A DNA stretch of 64,000 bases, from assembly GCA_049325295.1 (NCBI GenBank), contig JBMOMD010000036.1:80656-144655 (forward strand), given 5' to 3'. This DNA comes from Nitrospirota bacterium. GTDB taxonomy: Bacteria > Nitrospirota > Nitrospiria > 2-01-FULL-66-17. Below are positions 37,497 through 47,996 of this stretch, in pieces (the stretch's first letter is position 1; each line of letters starts with the position of its first letter). The position numbers were made by a program, and so were the translations under genes. A model generated the notes under the pieces. It worked only from the letters and a program-made list of their open reading frames with translations. It did not search any database and was not told the DNA's origin.

Positions 37497-37587
37497 ACCT
37501 GACGCCTCGGGAATTCCGGGATCACTCCGTCAGGGGAGACTATCGGCGCCACGGCCGGCCGCCGGTTGAAGGCGCAAGGATTCGCGC

Positions 37588-38193
37588 ATGACCACCGTGA
37601 CTTTGGCGACACAGAGCGATCGCGACACTCTCCAACGCCTGCTGTTCGAGCGGGCGTTTCGATACAGCGAGGAACCCGCTTTCCGTTTGGCCTCGGGCGC
37701 TCTCAGCCGATATTACCTGAACAGCAAACTCGTCACCCTCGATCCCAAGGGCGCCACCTTGATCGGCCGTCTCGTGTTTGAACGTCTCCGCGGGCTGGGG
37801 GTGCAGGCGGTGGGGGGGCTCACGTTGGGCGCCGATCCCATCGCGCTGGCCACCGCGATCGCCAGCGAGGCCGCCGGAGAGCCGATCGCCGCGTTCGTGG
37901 TCCGCAAAGAACCCAAAGGCCACGGCACGGCGCAGTGGATTGAGGGGCCTCTTCCGCCTCAAGCACCGGTGGCCGTGGTCGATGACGTGGTCACGACCGG
38001 GGGTTCCACGGAAAAGGCGCTCAATGTGCTGAAGCAGCTTGGACACCCCGTGGTCAAAGTGGTTGCCTTGGTGGACCGCGACGAAGGCGGCCGCGAGGCC
38101 ATTACGCGTCGGGGCGTGTCCTTTGAAAGCCTTTTTCACATCAACGATTTTTTGACCTTGTGGAATGCCGACCCGTCACGAGCCGTCTTATAA
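37588..38193 (+). CDS. pyrE: Orotate phosphoribosyltransferase
   Basis: PRPP-binding motif VAVVDDVVTTGGST and the type-I PRTase fold. It is divergent from rpmH. Confidence 0.85.
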   Translation: MTTVTLATQSDRDTLQRLLFERAFRYSEEPAFRLASGALSRYYLNSKLVTLDPKGATLIGRLVFERLRGLGVQAVGGLTLGADPIALATAIASEAAGEPIAAFVVRKEPKGHGTAQWIEGPLPPQAPVAVVDDVVTTGGSTEKALNVLKQLGHPVVKVVALVDRDEGGREAITRRGVSFESLFHINDFLTLWNADPSRAVL

Positions 38194-38244
38194 GGGGTTG
38201 GGGCCTTCAGCAGGCCCACAGGACGGCTTGGGGCGGGCACACCG

Positions 38245-39132
38245 GTGTACCGACGTGACGCCACTCCCAAGCCTTTACCGAACAGCACCGACGGATGGGA
38301 AAGGGAGGGTGGCGTGAGGCATCGTGGGTTGGGTCTGGTAATCGGATTACTGGTGGTCTGGGGCATCACGGCGTCGGGGCCGGCGCACGCGGGGGTCTTG
38401 GCGACGGAAATCGCGCAAAAATCCGAAGACGTGTACCCGGGGCAGGATCAGACCGCCAAATTGACGTTCACGATCAAAGACTCCAGTGGCGGAGAGCGCA
38501 AGTCCGTGCTGCGGCGGTACTGGAAGAACTATCGCGGCAAGAACGGATTGGACTTCAAAGTCCTTGTGTTCAACGAGTACCCTCCGGACGCCAAGGGCAG
38601 TTCCTTCATGCTCTGGGCCTATGACCCGAAAAGCGGGAAACCGGCTGATCGCTGGTTGTATATCCCGATTCTGAGCAAGGTGAACAAGCTGGCGAACAAC
38701 GCCGAAACCGGAGGCATCGCCAGTTCCGATTTGAACCCGAACGACATGGTTTCTCGTCCCGTGGACCGCGACACCCACAAGCTGCTCGGAGAGGAAACCG
38801 TCGGGAACCGGTCGTATTACATGATTGAAAGCACGCCGATCAAACCCGATCCGGCCTATAACTACGGCAAGGTGGTGAAGTGGATTACCAAGGACACCTC
38901 GCTGAAAGAGCGCGTGGATTACTACGATCTCGAGGGCAAGTTGCTCAAAACCCAATACATTACCTGGAAACCGGTCAAAGACGCCTGGGTATGGGAGAAG
39001 GTGGTCATCAACAATGCGCAGACCGGCTCGGAAACCTACCTGAGCATCAATGACATCAAAACCGACACCGGCATTCAAGACTCGTTCTTCAGTGACCGCA
39101 CGATGAAGAAAGGGATCGACAGCCTCCCATGA
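38245..39132 (+). CDS. LolA-like outer-membrane-lipoprotein-sorting-type periplasmic protein (LolA_like/DUF1329 fold)
   Basis: Signal peptide RGLGLVIGLLVVWGITASGPAHA followed by an all-beta domain of about 250 aa with a conserved ...RWLYIP... segment. Its stop overlaps the ATG of the downstream sensor (ATGA). Confidence 0.55.
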   Translation: MYRRDATPKPLPNSTDGWEREGGVRHRGLGLVIGLLVVWGITASGPAHAGVLATEIAQKSEDVYPGQDQTAKLTFTIKDSSGGERKSVLRRYWKNYRGKNGLDFKVLVFNEYPPDAKGSSFMLWAYDPKSGKPADRWLYIPILSKVNKLANNAETGGIASSDLNPNDMVSRPVDRDTHKLLGEETVGNRSYYMIESTPIKPDPAYNYGKVVKWITKDTSLKERVDYYDLEGKLLKTQYITWKPVKDAWVWEKVVINNAQTGSETYLSINDIKTDTGIQDSFFSDRTMKKGIDSLP

Positions 39133-40955
39133 CCGCATCGGGCCCCCAGCGGTCTGCTCGCCTCGGGCTGTTTCGGTGGCGACCGCGTCTCAAGGCCCGA
39201 CTCGGCCTCTTTATTCTCACCGCCGGCGTGCTGTCCGGCGTGGTGACGCTGGGCGTCATCTATTTTCTCGGCACCGCGACACTGAAAGCCACGATCGGGC
39301 GCAGCTTCGAAGAGTTGGCGTCGTCGACCGCCTCGAACATCGACACGTTGTTCACTCATCATATTGAGGAGGCCCGTCTCCTGGCGTCGGTCCAATCGGT
39401 GTTGACCGTGGTGGAGGAGTCCAACGCGTTTTTCAGCAGCGACCCGATCGAAGACGTCAGGTCGCGAATTCGTGAAATCGACGAGCGATGGCGGACCGCC
39501 CAAGGCGTTGATGCCTTCTTGCTCGAAATTCAGGGGAACCGAGCCACCGCGGCGCTGAAAGAATTTGTCGCACAGACTCCCGATGCAACGCTCTATCAAG
39601 CCGTTGTCGTCACCAATATCCATGGGGCCCTCGTCGCAGCCACCGGACAGCCGGCCCGCTACGATTTTAGCGCGATCCCCTGGTGGATCCATGCGTTCCA
39701 GAACACGGACGGCCGTCCCTTTATCAGCGGCGTGGAGGCGTTGGCCGGCACCGCCGATCCGGTTGTCGTGATCGCCACGCCGATTGTCAAGAATCGACAA
39801 ACCATCGGGGTCTTGGCCTTGGTGGAGCGCGCCGATACCCTGCTGCGGGGAGTGGCGTCCGCCAAGATCGGGAAAACCGATCACACCATGATTCTCACCG
39901 CCGAGGGCGTGGTCGTGTACTGTCCGGTTGCTCCTCTTCAGAGTCATGCTCTCTCGCCGACCTACGTGGCCGCCGTCACCGAGAACCGCAAGGGGTGGAT
40001 GGCGACGCGCGAGGACGTGCACTTTGCGGGGCGTGAGGCCCTCAGCGGGCACGCGCCGGTTGAGCTGACGCAGCGACTCGGCCCCGACAACTTCGGCGGC
40101 CGGCCGTGGTTCGTGGTCACCAGCCAAAATCCCGCGGAAAGTTACGCGCCCATTTATACCCTCTTGCGCTGGATCGGCGTGGCCGGGGTGGCCGGCACGC
40201 TGATCTTCGTGCTGATGGGATCGCTGATCGCCCGTCGCATCGTGCGGCCGATCCAAACCTTACAGGAAGGCGCCGACCTGATCGGGCAAGGGAACCTCAA
40301 CCACCGAATCGAGGTCGCCACAGGTGATGAGATCGAGGATCTGGCGAACCAGTTCAACAAGATGGCTCACAAGCTCAAACTGTTTTACATAGGGTTGGAG
40401 GAAAACGTAAAAGAGAAGACGTGGAAGATCGAACATCAAAATAAGGAGCTCTCGATCTTGTACGCCATCGCCGCCACGTTGAATCAATCGCTCCCCATCC
40501 GAGATCTCCTTGACCAGACGTTGCAGAAAATGCTGGACGTGATGGAGGCCGATGGTGGACTCATTTGGATGGCGCAACCGCCGTCCGGGTCTTCACCGAT
40601 TACCGCCACCAAATTGCCGACCCTGTCGCCCGCGCAAATGAGCAGTTTGATCGAACTGATCCACCACATCAGCCTTCAGATTCGACGGACCGGCGACCTG
40701 TGGGCCACCGAGAACTTGGCCGTGGATGATCGTATCGACTCGGTCCGGTCTGGAGATCCCGGTTTTATCTCCCTGGTCGGTATCCCGTTACGATCCCGCG
40801 ATCACGTGCTCGGAATACTCTTTTTATTGTATCGGGATATCCGGGCGCTCACGTCGCGGGAGGAGAAGCTCCTGGGATCGGTCGGCAGCCAGATCGGCGT
40901 GACCATCGAGCACAGCACCACGGCGCACGGCCTGGGGGCCACCTCCCAGCCCTGA
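39129..40955 (+). CDS. Membrane sensor with periplasmic Cache-like domain, HAMP and C-terminal GAF domain; no recognisable kinase, cyclase or DNA-binding output
   Basis: TM1 LFILTAGVLSGVVTLGVIYFL. A periplasmic region of about 270 aa. TM2 LLRWIGVAGVAGTLIFVLMGSLIA. HAMP (IVRPIQTLQEGADLIGQGNLNHRIEVATGDEIEDLANQFNKMAHKL). GAF (LDVMEADGGLIWMA...LVGIPLRSRDHVLGILFLLYRD...LGSVGSQIGVTIEH). Confidence 0.7.
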   Translation: MTASGPQRSARLGLFRWRPRLKARLGLFILTAGVLSGVVTLGVIYFLGTATLKATIGRSFEELASSTASNIDTLFTHHIEEARLLASVQSVLTVVEESNAFFSSDPIEDVRSRIREIDERWRTAQGVDAFLLEIQGNRATAALKEFVAQTPDATLYQAVVVTNIHGALVAATGQPARYDFSAIPWWIHAFQNTDGRPFISGVEALAGTADPVVVIATPIVKNRQTIGVLALVERADTLLRGVASAKIGKTDHTMILTAEGVVVYCPVAPLQSHALSPTYVAAVTENRKGWMATREDVHFAGREALSGHAPVELTQRLGPDNFGGRPWFVVTSQNPAESYAPIYTLLRWIGVAGVAGTLIFVLMGSLIARRIVRPIQTLQEGADLIGQGNLNHRIEVATGDEIEDLANQFNKMAHKLKLFYIGLEENVKEKTWKIEHQNKELSILYAIAATLNQSLPIRDLLDQTLQKMLDVMEADGGLIWMAQPPSGSSPITATKLPTLSPAQMSSLIELIHHISLQIRRTGDLWATENLAVDDRIDSVRSGDPGFISLVGIPLRSRDHVLGILFLLYRDIRALTSREEKLLGSVGSQIGVTIEHSTTAHGLGATSQP

Positions 40956-41020
40956 CCGGCACTTGATTTACAAGTAATTTCACGGAACATTTTGGCGGTT
41001 TGAGAGGTCATTTCTGTACA

Positions 41021-41623
41021 ATGGCGCTCTTTCGATTCGGCGGGCACGATCGATCGCGACAGGCGGAGTTCGAGGAACACACGCTCCCGTATCTGCCGTC
41101 ATTATACGGGTTTGCGGTGGTTCTGACCGGCAACCGTGACGACGCGAATGACCTGGTGCAGGACGCCTACATCCGGGCGTTTCGCTTCTATCCCCGGTAT
41201 GAACACATCGCCAACTATAAAGCGTGGCTCTTTACATTGACCAAAAATCTCTTTATTAATCGCTACCATCAACGGGCGCGGGAGATTTCGCTGGATGATC
41301 TCGACATTGTTGATGATGAACCTCACCAATCATCGGCCGCGCTGCTGCTTTGCGCGCACGACCGCCATGCGCGGGGCATCTTCCGCCGCGATTTCGAAGC
41401 CGCGCTGGCGGCCATGCCGGACAAACTGAGGTTGGCGGTGCTCCTTCGTGATGTCGAAGGCTTTGATTATAAAGAAATGTCTGAAATTATGGGGTGTCCG
41501 TTGGGAACCGTGATGTCACGCTTGTCGCGCGGACGGAACCTACTCAAGAAGTCGTTGGGCGACTATTGGACGTCGTTGAAGGAGGGACCCGAGTCACGAT
41601 TGTCCCTTCGGGACGCGAACTGA
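41021..41623 (+). CDS. ECF (group IV) RNA polymerase sigma factor
   Basis: Region 2 (LVQDAYIRAFRFYPRY...YKAWLFTLTKNLFINRY) and region 4 (YKEMSEIMGCPLGTVMSRLSRGRNLLKK). Confidence 0.8.
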   Translation: MALFRFGGHDRSRQAEFEEHTLPYLPSLYGFAVVLTGNRDDANDLVQDAYIRAFRFYPRYEHIANYKAWLFTLTKNLFINRYHQRAREISLDDLDIVDDEPHQSSAALLLCAHDRHARGIFRRDFEAALAAMPDKLRLAVLLRDVEGFDYKEMSEIMGCPLGTVMSRLSRGRNLLKKSLGDYWTSLKEGPESRLSLRDAN

Positions 41624-41625
41624 CG

Positions 41626-42447
41626 ATGTACGACTGTTCGACGATCATGAAACTGATGCATCCGTACCTTGACGGTGCTTTGGACGTCAAGGAATCGGTG
41701 CTGGTCGACGAGCACCTCAAGGATTGCGAAAGGTGCCGAGAGGACTATTTGGCGGAAAAGGCATTCCTCTCGCTCCTCCATGAAGCCGCCGCCGTGCCGC
41801 AGACCCCTGCATACACGGCTGCTTGTTTACGCGCAGCACTGGACCGAGAAATCCGGCAGAACGTTCACCAACGCGGCAGATCACGCCTTCCGTGGATTGC
41901 GGCGGCCGCAGGACTCGCCATCGCGATCGTCGGATTGATCGTGCTCGGAACCGCGCGGCATCAGACGCCCGATCTGGTTCAACTGGCGGTCCAGCACCAC
42001 AAACTCTCCTTACGACAACCCCACGCCCTTGATGTGATCGACGACGACCCGGCTGTTGTCTCCACCTGGTTGGAACATCGTCTCAATTTTGACGTTGATG
42101 TTCCCCGCATCAGCCCAGAGGAGTTTCGGATGGTGGGAGGGCGCATCGCGCAAACGGCGGACATCAGGGCGGCCTATTTGTCGTACCGGGTCGGCCAGGA
42201 GACGGTCTCGCTGTTGATCACCCCGCCGCAGGAAATCCGTATCGCGGGACGGGACGTGATCAGTTTCCGCAACATCCTCTTTCACCCCGCTGACGTTGAC
42301 GGACACCACACGCTGGAGTGGTCGGACAGCCGCCACACATACGTCCTGGTGGCGTCAAGTCCCCGCCTGGTCTCAGACGCCTGCCTCATCTGCCACGGTT
42401 CGGACCAAGAGCGTCAGTTTATCTCCGGGTTCGCGAACGGCATTTAA
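41626..42447 (+). CDS. Anti-sigma factor with N-terminal zf-HC2 motif, one TM helix and a periplasmic domain
   Basis: The ATG lies 2 nt after the sigma stop. H-x3-C-x2-C motif (HLKDCERC). TM LPWIAAAAGLAIAIVGLIVLG. Confidence 0.65.
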   Translation: MYDCSTIMKLMHPYLDGALDVKESVLVDEHLKDCERCREDYLAEKAFLSLLHEAAAVPQTPAYTAACLRAALDREIRQNVHQRGRSRLPWIAAAAGLAIAIVGLIVLGTARHQTPDLVQLAVQHHKLSLRQPHALDVIDDDPAVVSTWLEHRLNFDVDVPRISPEEFRMVGGRIAQTADIRAAYLSYRVGQETVSLLITPPQEIRIAGRDVISFRNILFHPADVDGHHTLEWSDSRHTYVLVASSPRLVSDACLICHGSDQERQFISGFANGI

Positions 42448-42601
42448 CGGAGCCTCGCCTACGCCACCTGCTGTCCGTGCGGTCGCGCGGGGCAGGAGCG
42501 CACCCGTCTTTTTTCGGCGCTGCCTGGCCGTGGCCGGACAACGCCGTGAAGTGCATCGCGGTAAAAACTACCTCTCCGAGAGTCGCTGCGTGGAGGACGT
42601 G

Positions 42602-43864
42602 TTACGCGGACTTCATACCCATGTCCTGGTCATACACCAGGATGGGTTGGGCGGTGTTCTGAATCGATTCTTCGGTGATGATGCATTCCTTCACGTTCTT
42701 CGCCGAAGGGATCTCGTACATGAGTTCGAGCATGACGCGTTCGAGAATCGCACGCAGACCGCGGGCCCCGGTTCGTTGCCCGTACGCGCGCCGGGCCACC
42801 TCCGCCAGCGCCCCTGCCGTGAACTTCAACCGGACCTTCTCGAACGCGAAGAGGCGTTCGTATTGTTTGACCAACGCGTTCTTGGGCTCGCTCAAGATCT
42901 TGATCAAGGCTTGTTCGTCCAAATCATCCAGCGTCGCGTGCACGGGGAGACGCCCCACGAATTCGGGAATGAGACCGAACTTGAGGAGATCCTCGGGTTC
43001 GACCTGCGACAACAGCTCGCCCAACCGGCGATCCTCACGACTCTTGATATCCGCGCCGAATCCCATCACGCGCGTCTGCAGTCGTTGGCCGATGAGGGAT
43101 TCGATCCCCACGAACGCGCCCCCGCAAATAAAGAGGATCTGGCTCGTGTCGACCTGAATGAACTCTTGATGCGGGTGTTTGCGCCCGCCCTGGGGGGGCA
43201 CGTTCGCCACCGTGCCCTCGATCAACTTGAGCAGCGCCTGCTGAACGCCCTCGCCTGAGACATCCCTGGTGATCGACGGGGAGTCGCTCTTGCGACTGAT
43301 TTTGTCGATTTCGTCGATGTACACGATGCCACGCTCGGCCTTTTCCACGTCGTAGTCCGCGGCCTGAAGCAATTTCAGAATGATGTTCTCCACGTCCTCG
43401 CCCACATAACCGGCCTCCGTCAGCGTGGTGGCGTCGGCGATGGTGAAGGGGACGTCCAGGATGCGGGCCAGGGTCTGGGCCAGCAAGGTCTTTCCGGTGC
43501 CGGTCGGTCCGATCAACAAAATGTTGCCTTTTTGGAGTTCAACGTCGTTGACGTTGGAGCCGGCATTCACCCGCTTGTAGTGGTTGTGGACCGCGACCGC
43601 CAGCACCTTCTTGGCCCGCTCTTGTCCGACCACGTATTGATCGAGGATACGTTTGATTTCAGTCGGTTTGGGAAGTGTCGACGAGGTAACCAGCTGCTTC
43701 TGGTTCTCGGCCTCTTCGGCAATGATGTCGTTGCAGAGCTCGATGCACTCGTCGCAGATGTAGACGGTAGGACCGGCGATGAGCTTGCGGACTTCGTCAC
43801 GATTTTTCCCGCAGAACGAACACCGCAGCGCTTCCATTCGGTCCGATTTACGTTTGTCGTCCAC
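42602..43864 (-). CDS. clpX: ATP-dependent Clp protease ATP-binding subunit ClpX
   Basis: N-terminal zinc finger CSFCGK...CDEC, Walker A GPTGTGKT, and the GYVG pore loop. Confidence 0.95.
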   Translation of the reverse strand: MDDKRKSDRMEALRCSFCGKNRDEVRKLIAGPTVYICDECIELCNDIIAEEAENQKQLVTSSTLPKPTEIKRILDQYVVGQERAKKVLAVAVHNHYKRVNAGSNVNDVELQKGNILLIGPTGTGKTLLAQTLARILDVPFTIADATTLTEAGYVGEDVENIILKLLQAADYDVEKAERGIVYIDEIDKISRKSDSPSITRDVSGEGVQQALLKLIEGTVANVPPQGGRKHPHQEFIQVDTSQILFICGGAFVGIESLIGQRLQTRVMGFGADIKSREDRRLGELLSQVEPEDLLKFGLIPEFVGRLPVHATLDDLDEQALIKILSEPKNALVKQYERLFAFEKVRLKFTAGALAEVARRAYGQRTGARGLRAILERVMLELMYEIPSAKNVKECIITEESIQNTAQPILVYDQDMGMKSA

Positions 43865-43911
43865 CCGTCTCCCCTCTCGTGCGACGCTCGGGGTCTTTCC
43901 GAGTCCGTCGG

Positions 43912-44508
43912 TTACGTTTTCGGTACGCCGGGACCTCGCTCAAGGACGCTGTCGATCAGGCCGTAGTCCTTGGACTCTTCTCCGGAGAGGAAATAGTCCC
44001 GCTCCGTATCCGCCTGAATGCGTTCAAGCGTCTGTCCCGTGTGTTTCGCCAGAATTTGGTTCAAGCGCTCGCGCGTCCGCAGAATCTCCTTGGCGTGAAT
44101 TCCGATGTCGGTCGCCTGGCCTTGGAAACCGCCCAAGGGCTGATGAATCATGATCCTGGCGTTCGGCAACGCGTGCCGCTTGCCGCGCGCGCCCGCCGCC
44201 AACAACACGGCGCCCATGCTGGACGCTTGGCCGATGCAAATCGTCGAGACGTCCGGCTTGATGTATTGCATCGTATCGTAGATCGCGAGCCCGGCGGTGA
44301 CGAGGCCCCCGGGGCTGTTCACGTACATGCTGATGTCCTTCGCCGGATCTTCCGCCTCCAGAAACAATAATTGGGCGATGATCAGGTTCGCAGACGTGTC
44401 CTCGATCGGGGTACCCACCAAAATGATCCGGTCCTTCAGGAGACGCGAATAAATGTCGTACGCTCGCTCCCCGCGATTCGTTTGTTCAATGACCATCGGT
44501 ACCAACAT
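43912..44508 (-). CDS. clpP: ATP-dependent Clp protease proteolytic subunit ClpP
   Basis: Catalytic triad context [14 protein letters not shown]. Confidence 0.95.
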   Translation of the reverse strand: MLVPMVIEQTNRGERAYDIYSRLLKDRIILVGTPIEDTSANLIIAQLLFLEAEDPAKDISMYVNSPGGLVTAGLAIYDTMQYIKPDVSTICIGQASSMGAVLLAAGARGKRHALPNARIMIHQPLGGFQGQATDIGIHAKEILRTRERLNQILAKHTGQTLERIQADTERDYFLSGEESKDYGLIDSVLERGPGVPKT

Positions 44509-44551
44509 GCTCGCTCCTTACGAAAACGAAAGGGGTTCCATCCCCCCGTGT

Positions 44552-45865
44552 TTATCTAGGCTCCTGACCGGTGGTGGAGCCGTCTTCTTCCCTAATGTCC
44601 GCGTGATCGATCAACCAATCCAACGTTTTTTCGCGACGGATCGTGGCCCGCAGTCCGACGAACTCGCCGCTCTCACCCGCCAGGAGCTTGCGGACCTCTC
44701 GGATATCCGATCGGGTTTGCGCGGCGATCCGCTGGACCTCTCGCTCAATTTCGTCCATTCCGACGGTTACTCCTTCGCGGTCCGCGATCGCTTCCAACAG
44801 AAGGTCGCCTTTGACGCGGCCTTCCGCGGCACTCAGGATTTCTTTCTGCACGGCGTCGCCCGGTGCCTCCGTCGCCTCGGGTCCATGCCCGGCATGTCCC
44901 AAGTGGCGCTCCATGCGATCGCGCAGCGCAGCGGTTTCTCGTTGCACGAGGCTGGGCGGCAAGTCGATCTGATGCCGTTCGTTGAGCAATTTCACCATCG
45001 CGCCCCGTTCCTCCGCCCGTTGCTCGGCTTGTTTACGAGCGGTAATTTCCTGCCGCACCCGTTCGCGCAGTTCGTCCAGCGATGCCAAACCCACGTCTTT
45101 GGCCAGTTCGTCGTCCAACGCGGGGAGCACGCGTTGCTTCACGTCGCCCACCGTGACGCGGAACAACACGCGCCGGCCGGCGACCTGCGGGCTCTGGTAC
45201 TCCGCCGGAAACGTCACTTCGGTTTCAACGTGATCGCCCTTGCGATGGCCTCGCAACGCCGCGTCGATCTCCGGGATCACGGATTGCTCCCCGACATGAA
45301 CCAGATATCCGGTGGCGCTGGCACCCGGCAATGGTTGGCCTTCTGACGATCCTTCGAAATCAACCACCGCGAAGTCTCCCTCCGCGATCTGATGCCCGTC
45401 GTCATAACTGACCAACTCAGCCTGGCGCAGTCGAATGTTCTCCAGCGTTTCCGACACATCCGCGTCCGCCACCGACACGCGGCGACGCCTCAGCGGCAAC
45501 GCCGTGTATGGTTGCAGCGCGACCTCGGGTCGAACCTCCACCACCGCGCGAAACGACAACGGCGCGTCCTTCGCGATCGACAACCCTTCGATCGTCGGCA
45601 GTTGGACCGGCACCAACCCCGCGTCCTTCAGCGCCTGTTCGTAGAATCGGGGGACCAATCGCTGCACCACGTCGTCGGTCACTTCGCGCTGGAACCGTTT
45701 TTCCAACACCGGCAGCGGAACCTTCCCGGGGCGAAAACCCGGTATCTTGGCGCGTCGCCCGAGCTCCGAATACGCCACGTCGAATTCCCGACCGACCACG
45801 GACGGTTCCACCTCGATCACCAATGCACGTTTTACCGGCGATAACGTTTCAATGGACAGTTTCAT
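44552..45865 (-). CDS. tig: Trigger factor
   Basis: Ribosome-binding N-domain signature GFRPGKVP, PPIase and C-terminal domains. The ATG at 45865 is used; the upstream extension in the track is rejected. Confidence 0.9.
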   Translation of the reverse strand: MKLSIETLSPVKRALVIEVEPSVVGREFDVAYSELGRRAKIPGFRPGKVPLPVLEKRFQREVTDDVVQRLVPRFYEQALKDAGLVPVQLPTIEGLSIAKDAPLSFRAVVEVRPEVALQPYTALPLRRRRVSVADADVSETLENIRLRQAELVSYDDGHQIAEGDFAVVDFEGSSEGQPLPGASATGYLVHVGEQSVIPEIDAALRGHRKGDHVETEVTFPAEYQSPQVAGRRVLFRVTVGDVKQRVLPALDDELAKDVGLASLDELRERVRQEITARKQAEQRAEERGAMVKLLNERHQIDLPPSLVQRETAALRDRMERHLGHAGHGPEATEAPGDAVQKEILSAAEGRVKGDLLLEAIADREGVTVGMDEIEREVQRIAAQTRSDIREVRKLLAGESGEFVGLRATIRREKTLDWLIDHADIREEDGSTTGQEPR

Positions 45866-45921
45866 ATACGCTCTGGATTGATGGACGATGGTGTGCCCTG
45901 ACCGAACCACGACGGCCGCGT

Positions 45922-46007
45922 TGGTGCGAGAGGGGGGACTTGAACCCCCACGGGGGTGACCCACCAGATCCTAAGTCTGGCGCGTCTGCCAATTCCGCCA
46001 CTCTCGC
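45922..46007 (-). tRNA. tRNA-Leu (anticodon TAG), type II with long variable arm, CCA encoded
   Basis: The reverse complement folds with acceptor GCGAGAG/CTCTCGC, anticodon loop ctTAGga, long variable arm and T-loop TTCAAGT. Confidence 0.75.
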
Positions 46008-46131
46008 ACGTGTTGCCGCCAACAAACCTTCGCCTTCCGATGGCGCGCCCGCCGGTCCCTTGGCGCGCCCCGTTCGCAAACAAGTGTGTTGTTCCCTGAT
46101 CTGCCGTGCCCGGCGGCCCTGCGGAAAGGGG

Positions 46132-46207
<76 letters not shown>

Positions 46208-46221
46208 ACATGTATCGACAA

Positions 46222-46297
46222 TGGCGCGCCTGGAGGGAATTGAACCCCCGACACATGGCTCCGGAGGCCATTGCTCTATCCGCTGAGCTACAGGCGC
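46222..46297 (-). tRNA. tRNA-Arg (anticodon CCG), CCA encoded
   Basis: Acceptor GCGCCTG/CAGGCGC, anticodon stem ATGGC/GCCAT, loop ctCCGga. Confidence 0.75.
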
Positions 46298-46494
46298 ACG
46301 TCTCTGCCCCACGTGGACGAGCGCTCGGGTGATGAACCCCGCCAAACCCTGCGCCAAGCGCCCCCGAAAAGCCCGCGTATTCTACCGGAGCCCGAAACGG
46401 TTTGTCAAAACCAAGCAGTGCTCGGCCGCGAAAAACGCGTGGCGTCCATCGCCGGGTTGACCCGCTCCGATCCACGGCTATCCTTAGGGCACCC

Positions 46495-47973
46495 ATGATT
46501 CCACAACCCGCCTCACCGCAAACGCTCCGCGAGCCGGTCGAACACGATCTGCGGCAAATTGAACGACGCGAGTGGCAGTTGTGGGCGCTCACGCTCACCT
46601 TGCTCGTGGCATCGGGCGGAGTCACCGTGCTCCTGGCGTACCTCCTCGCGCAGACCGAGTCCGATCAACCGAATCTGTCTCGGCTCATGGCCACGCGTGG
46701 ACTGCCGGGTTTGGTCGTCCTCATCGGCATCTTTTGCGCCTACGTGCTTCACACCCGCGCCACCTTCGGGCGGATGCGGATGCTTTTCCAGAAACAGGCC
46801 ATGCGCGACTCCCTCACCGGCCTGTTCAATCGCCGGTATTTCAACGAACGCATGGGCGACACCTTGCTCCGCGCCGATCACACCGAAGGAATATTCGCCA
46901 TCTTGTTGTGTGATCTCGATCACTTCAAAGCCTTGAACGATACCCAGGGACATCAGACTGGGGACGAGGTGCTTCAGGAAGTCGGTAAAGCCGTTCTGGA
47001 AGCCACGCGTGGAGCGGACTTGGTGGTCCGATGGGGCGGAGACGAGATTCTCGTCGTGCTCACCAGGACGACGCGCGACGGGGTGATCACCGCGGGCGAT
47101 CGCATCCGCAAAGGCGTCGCCCTGGTCGGGGAACGGCGCCGGATTCCGCTCGACGTGAGCATCGGCGCCGCGTTGCACCCCGAGCATGGTCGCACCATCG
47201 AGGACCTCGTCCGCCTCGCGGACCGCGCGCTTTATATCGCCAAACGCGGTGGGGACAAAATCCATATCGGGGAGGAAGAATACCAATTGGACGACCACAC
47301 GGTGCAAACCGTGTTTCAACCGGTGGTTGACCGAACGTCCGGCGAAGTGTTGGGTTATGAAGCGTTAAGCCGCGACCCCCTTGGCAAGCTCAGCGTCGGC
47401 GAGCTGTTCCGCCGGTATCAGGCGGTGGGACAACTCCACGAACTGAAGTGTTTGTGTTTCCACGTCCAGCTTCGGGCCGCCGCCAGCGCGGGGCTCCGGC
47501 GCGTCTTCATCAACGTAGATTTTGCCGTCCTCGATCACCTGCACGTCGTCCCCAAACCCCCCGATATCGAGGTGGTCCTGGAAATTTCGGAAGCCGAAGC
47601 CTTGCACGACGTGGAGCGCCATCTCGATACCACCAGCGCCTGGCGCGCCGCCGGCTACAAATTCGCGATCGACGATTTCGGCGCCGGGTTCATTTCGCTC
47701 CCCTTCGTGGCGCGTCTGATTCCGGATTACATCAAACTGGACCGCGCCACGATTGTTCAGGCCGGAGCGTCCCGCCAATTCTTGACGTTTCTCCGCGACC
47801 TCGTCCTCGCGCTGCGCAACTACTCCAAGGAAGGCATCATCGCAGAAGGGATCGAAACCGCGGACGAACTCCAGGTCGTTCGCGACCTCGGGATCAGCCC
47901 GGTCCAAGGCTACTTGGTGGGCAAACCCGAAGCGTTGAAGGCACCCGCGACTCGCGACCGCCGCGCGGCGTAG
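46495..47973 (+). CDS. Membrane-anchored GGDEF-EAL protein (c-di-GMP cyclase/phosphodiesterase)
   Basis: Two N-terminal TM helices, GGDEF domain (RYFNE...RWGGDEILVV) and EAL domain (EALSR...AIDDFGAGF...EGIET). The start is assigned to the ATG at 46495; the 46402 alternative is not excluded. Confidence 0.8.
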   Translation: MIPQPASPQTLREPVEHDLRQIERREWQLWALTLTLLVASGGVTVLLAYLLAQTESDQPNLSRLMATRGLPGLVVLIGIFCAYVLHTRATFGRMRMLFQKQAMRDSLTGLFNRRYFNERMGDTLLRADHTEGIFAILLCDLDHFKALNDTQGHQTGDEVLQEVGKAVLEATRGADLVVRWGGDEILVVLTRTTRDGVITAGDRIRKGVALVGERRRIPLDVSIGAALHPEHGRTIEDLVRLADRALYIAKRGGDKIHIGEEEYQLDDHTVQTVFQPVVDRTSGEVLGYEALSRDPLGKLSVGELFRRYQAVGQLHELKCLCFHVQLRAAASAGLRRVFINVDFAVLDHLHVVPKPPDIEVVLEISEAEALHDVERHLDTTSAWRAAGYKFAIDDFGAGFISLPFVARLIPDYIKLDRATIVQAGASRQFLTFLRDLVLALRNYSKEGIIAEGIETADELQVVRDLGISPVQGYLVGKPEALKAPATRDRRAA

Positions 47974-47996
47974 CGCGACTCGCGGAGAAGCCGCGG

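Noticed and set aside
37426-37587. Possible oriC next to rpmH
   Set aside because: There are no DnaA-box-like 9-mers, and the neighbouring gene is pyrE, not dnaA. Only a strong promoter is evident.
42296-43258. 320-aa plus-strand ORF
   Set aside because: It is antisense to clpX.
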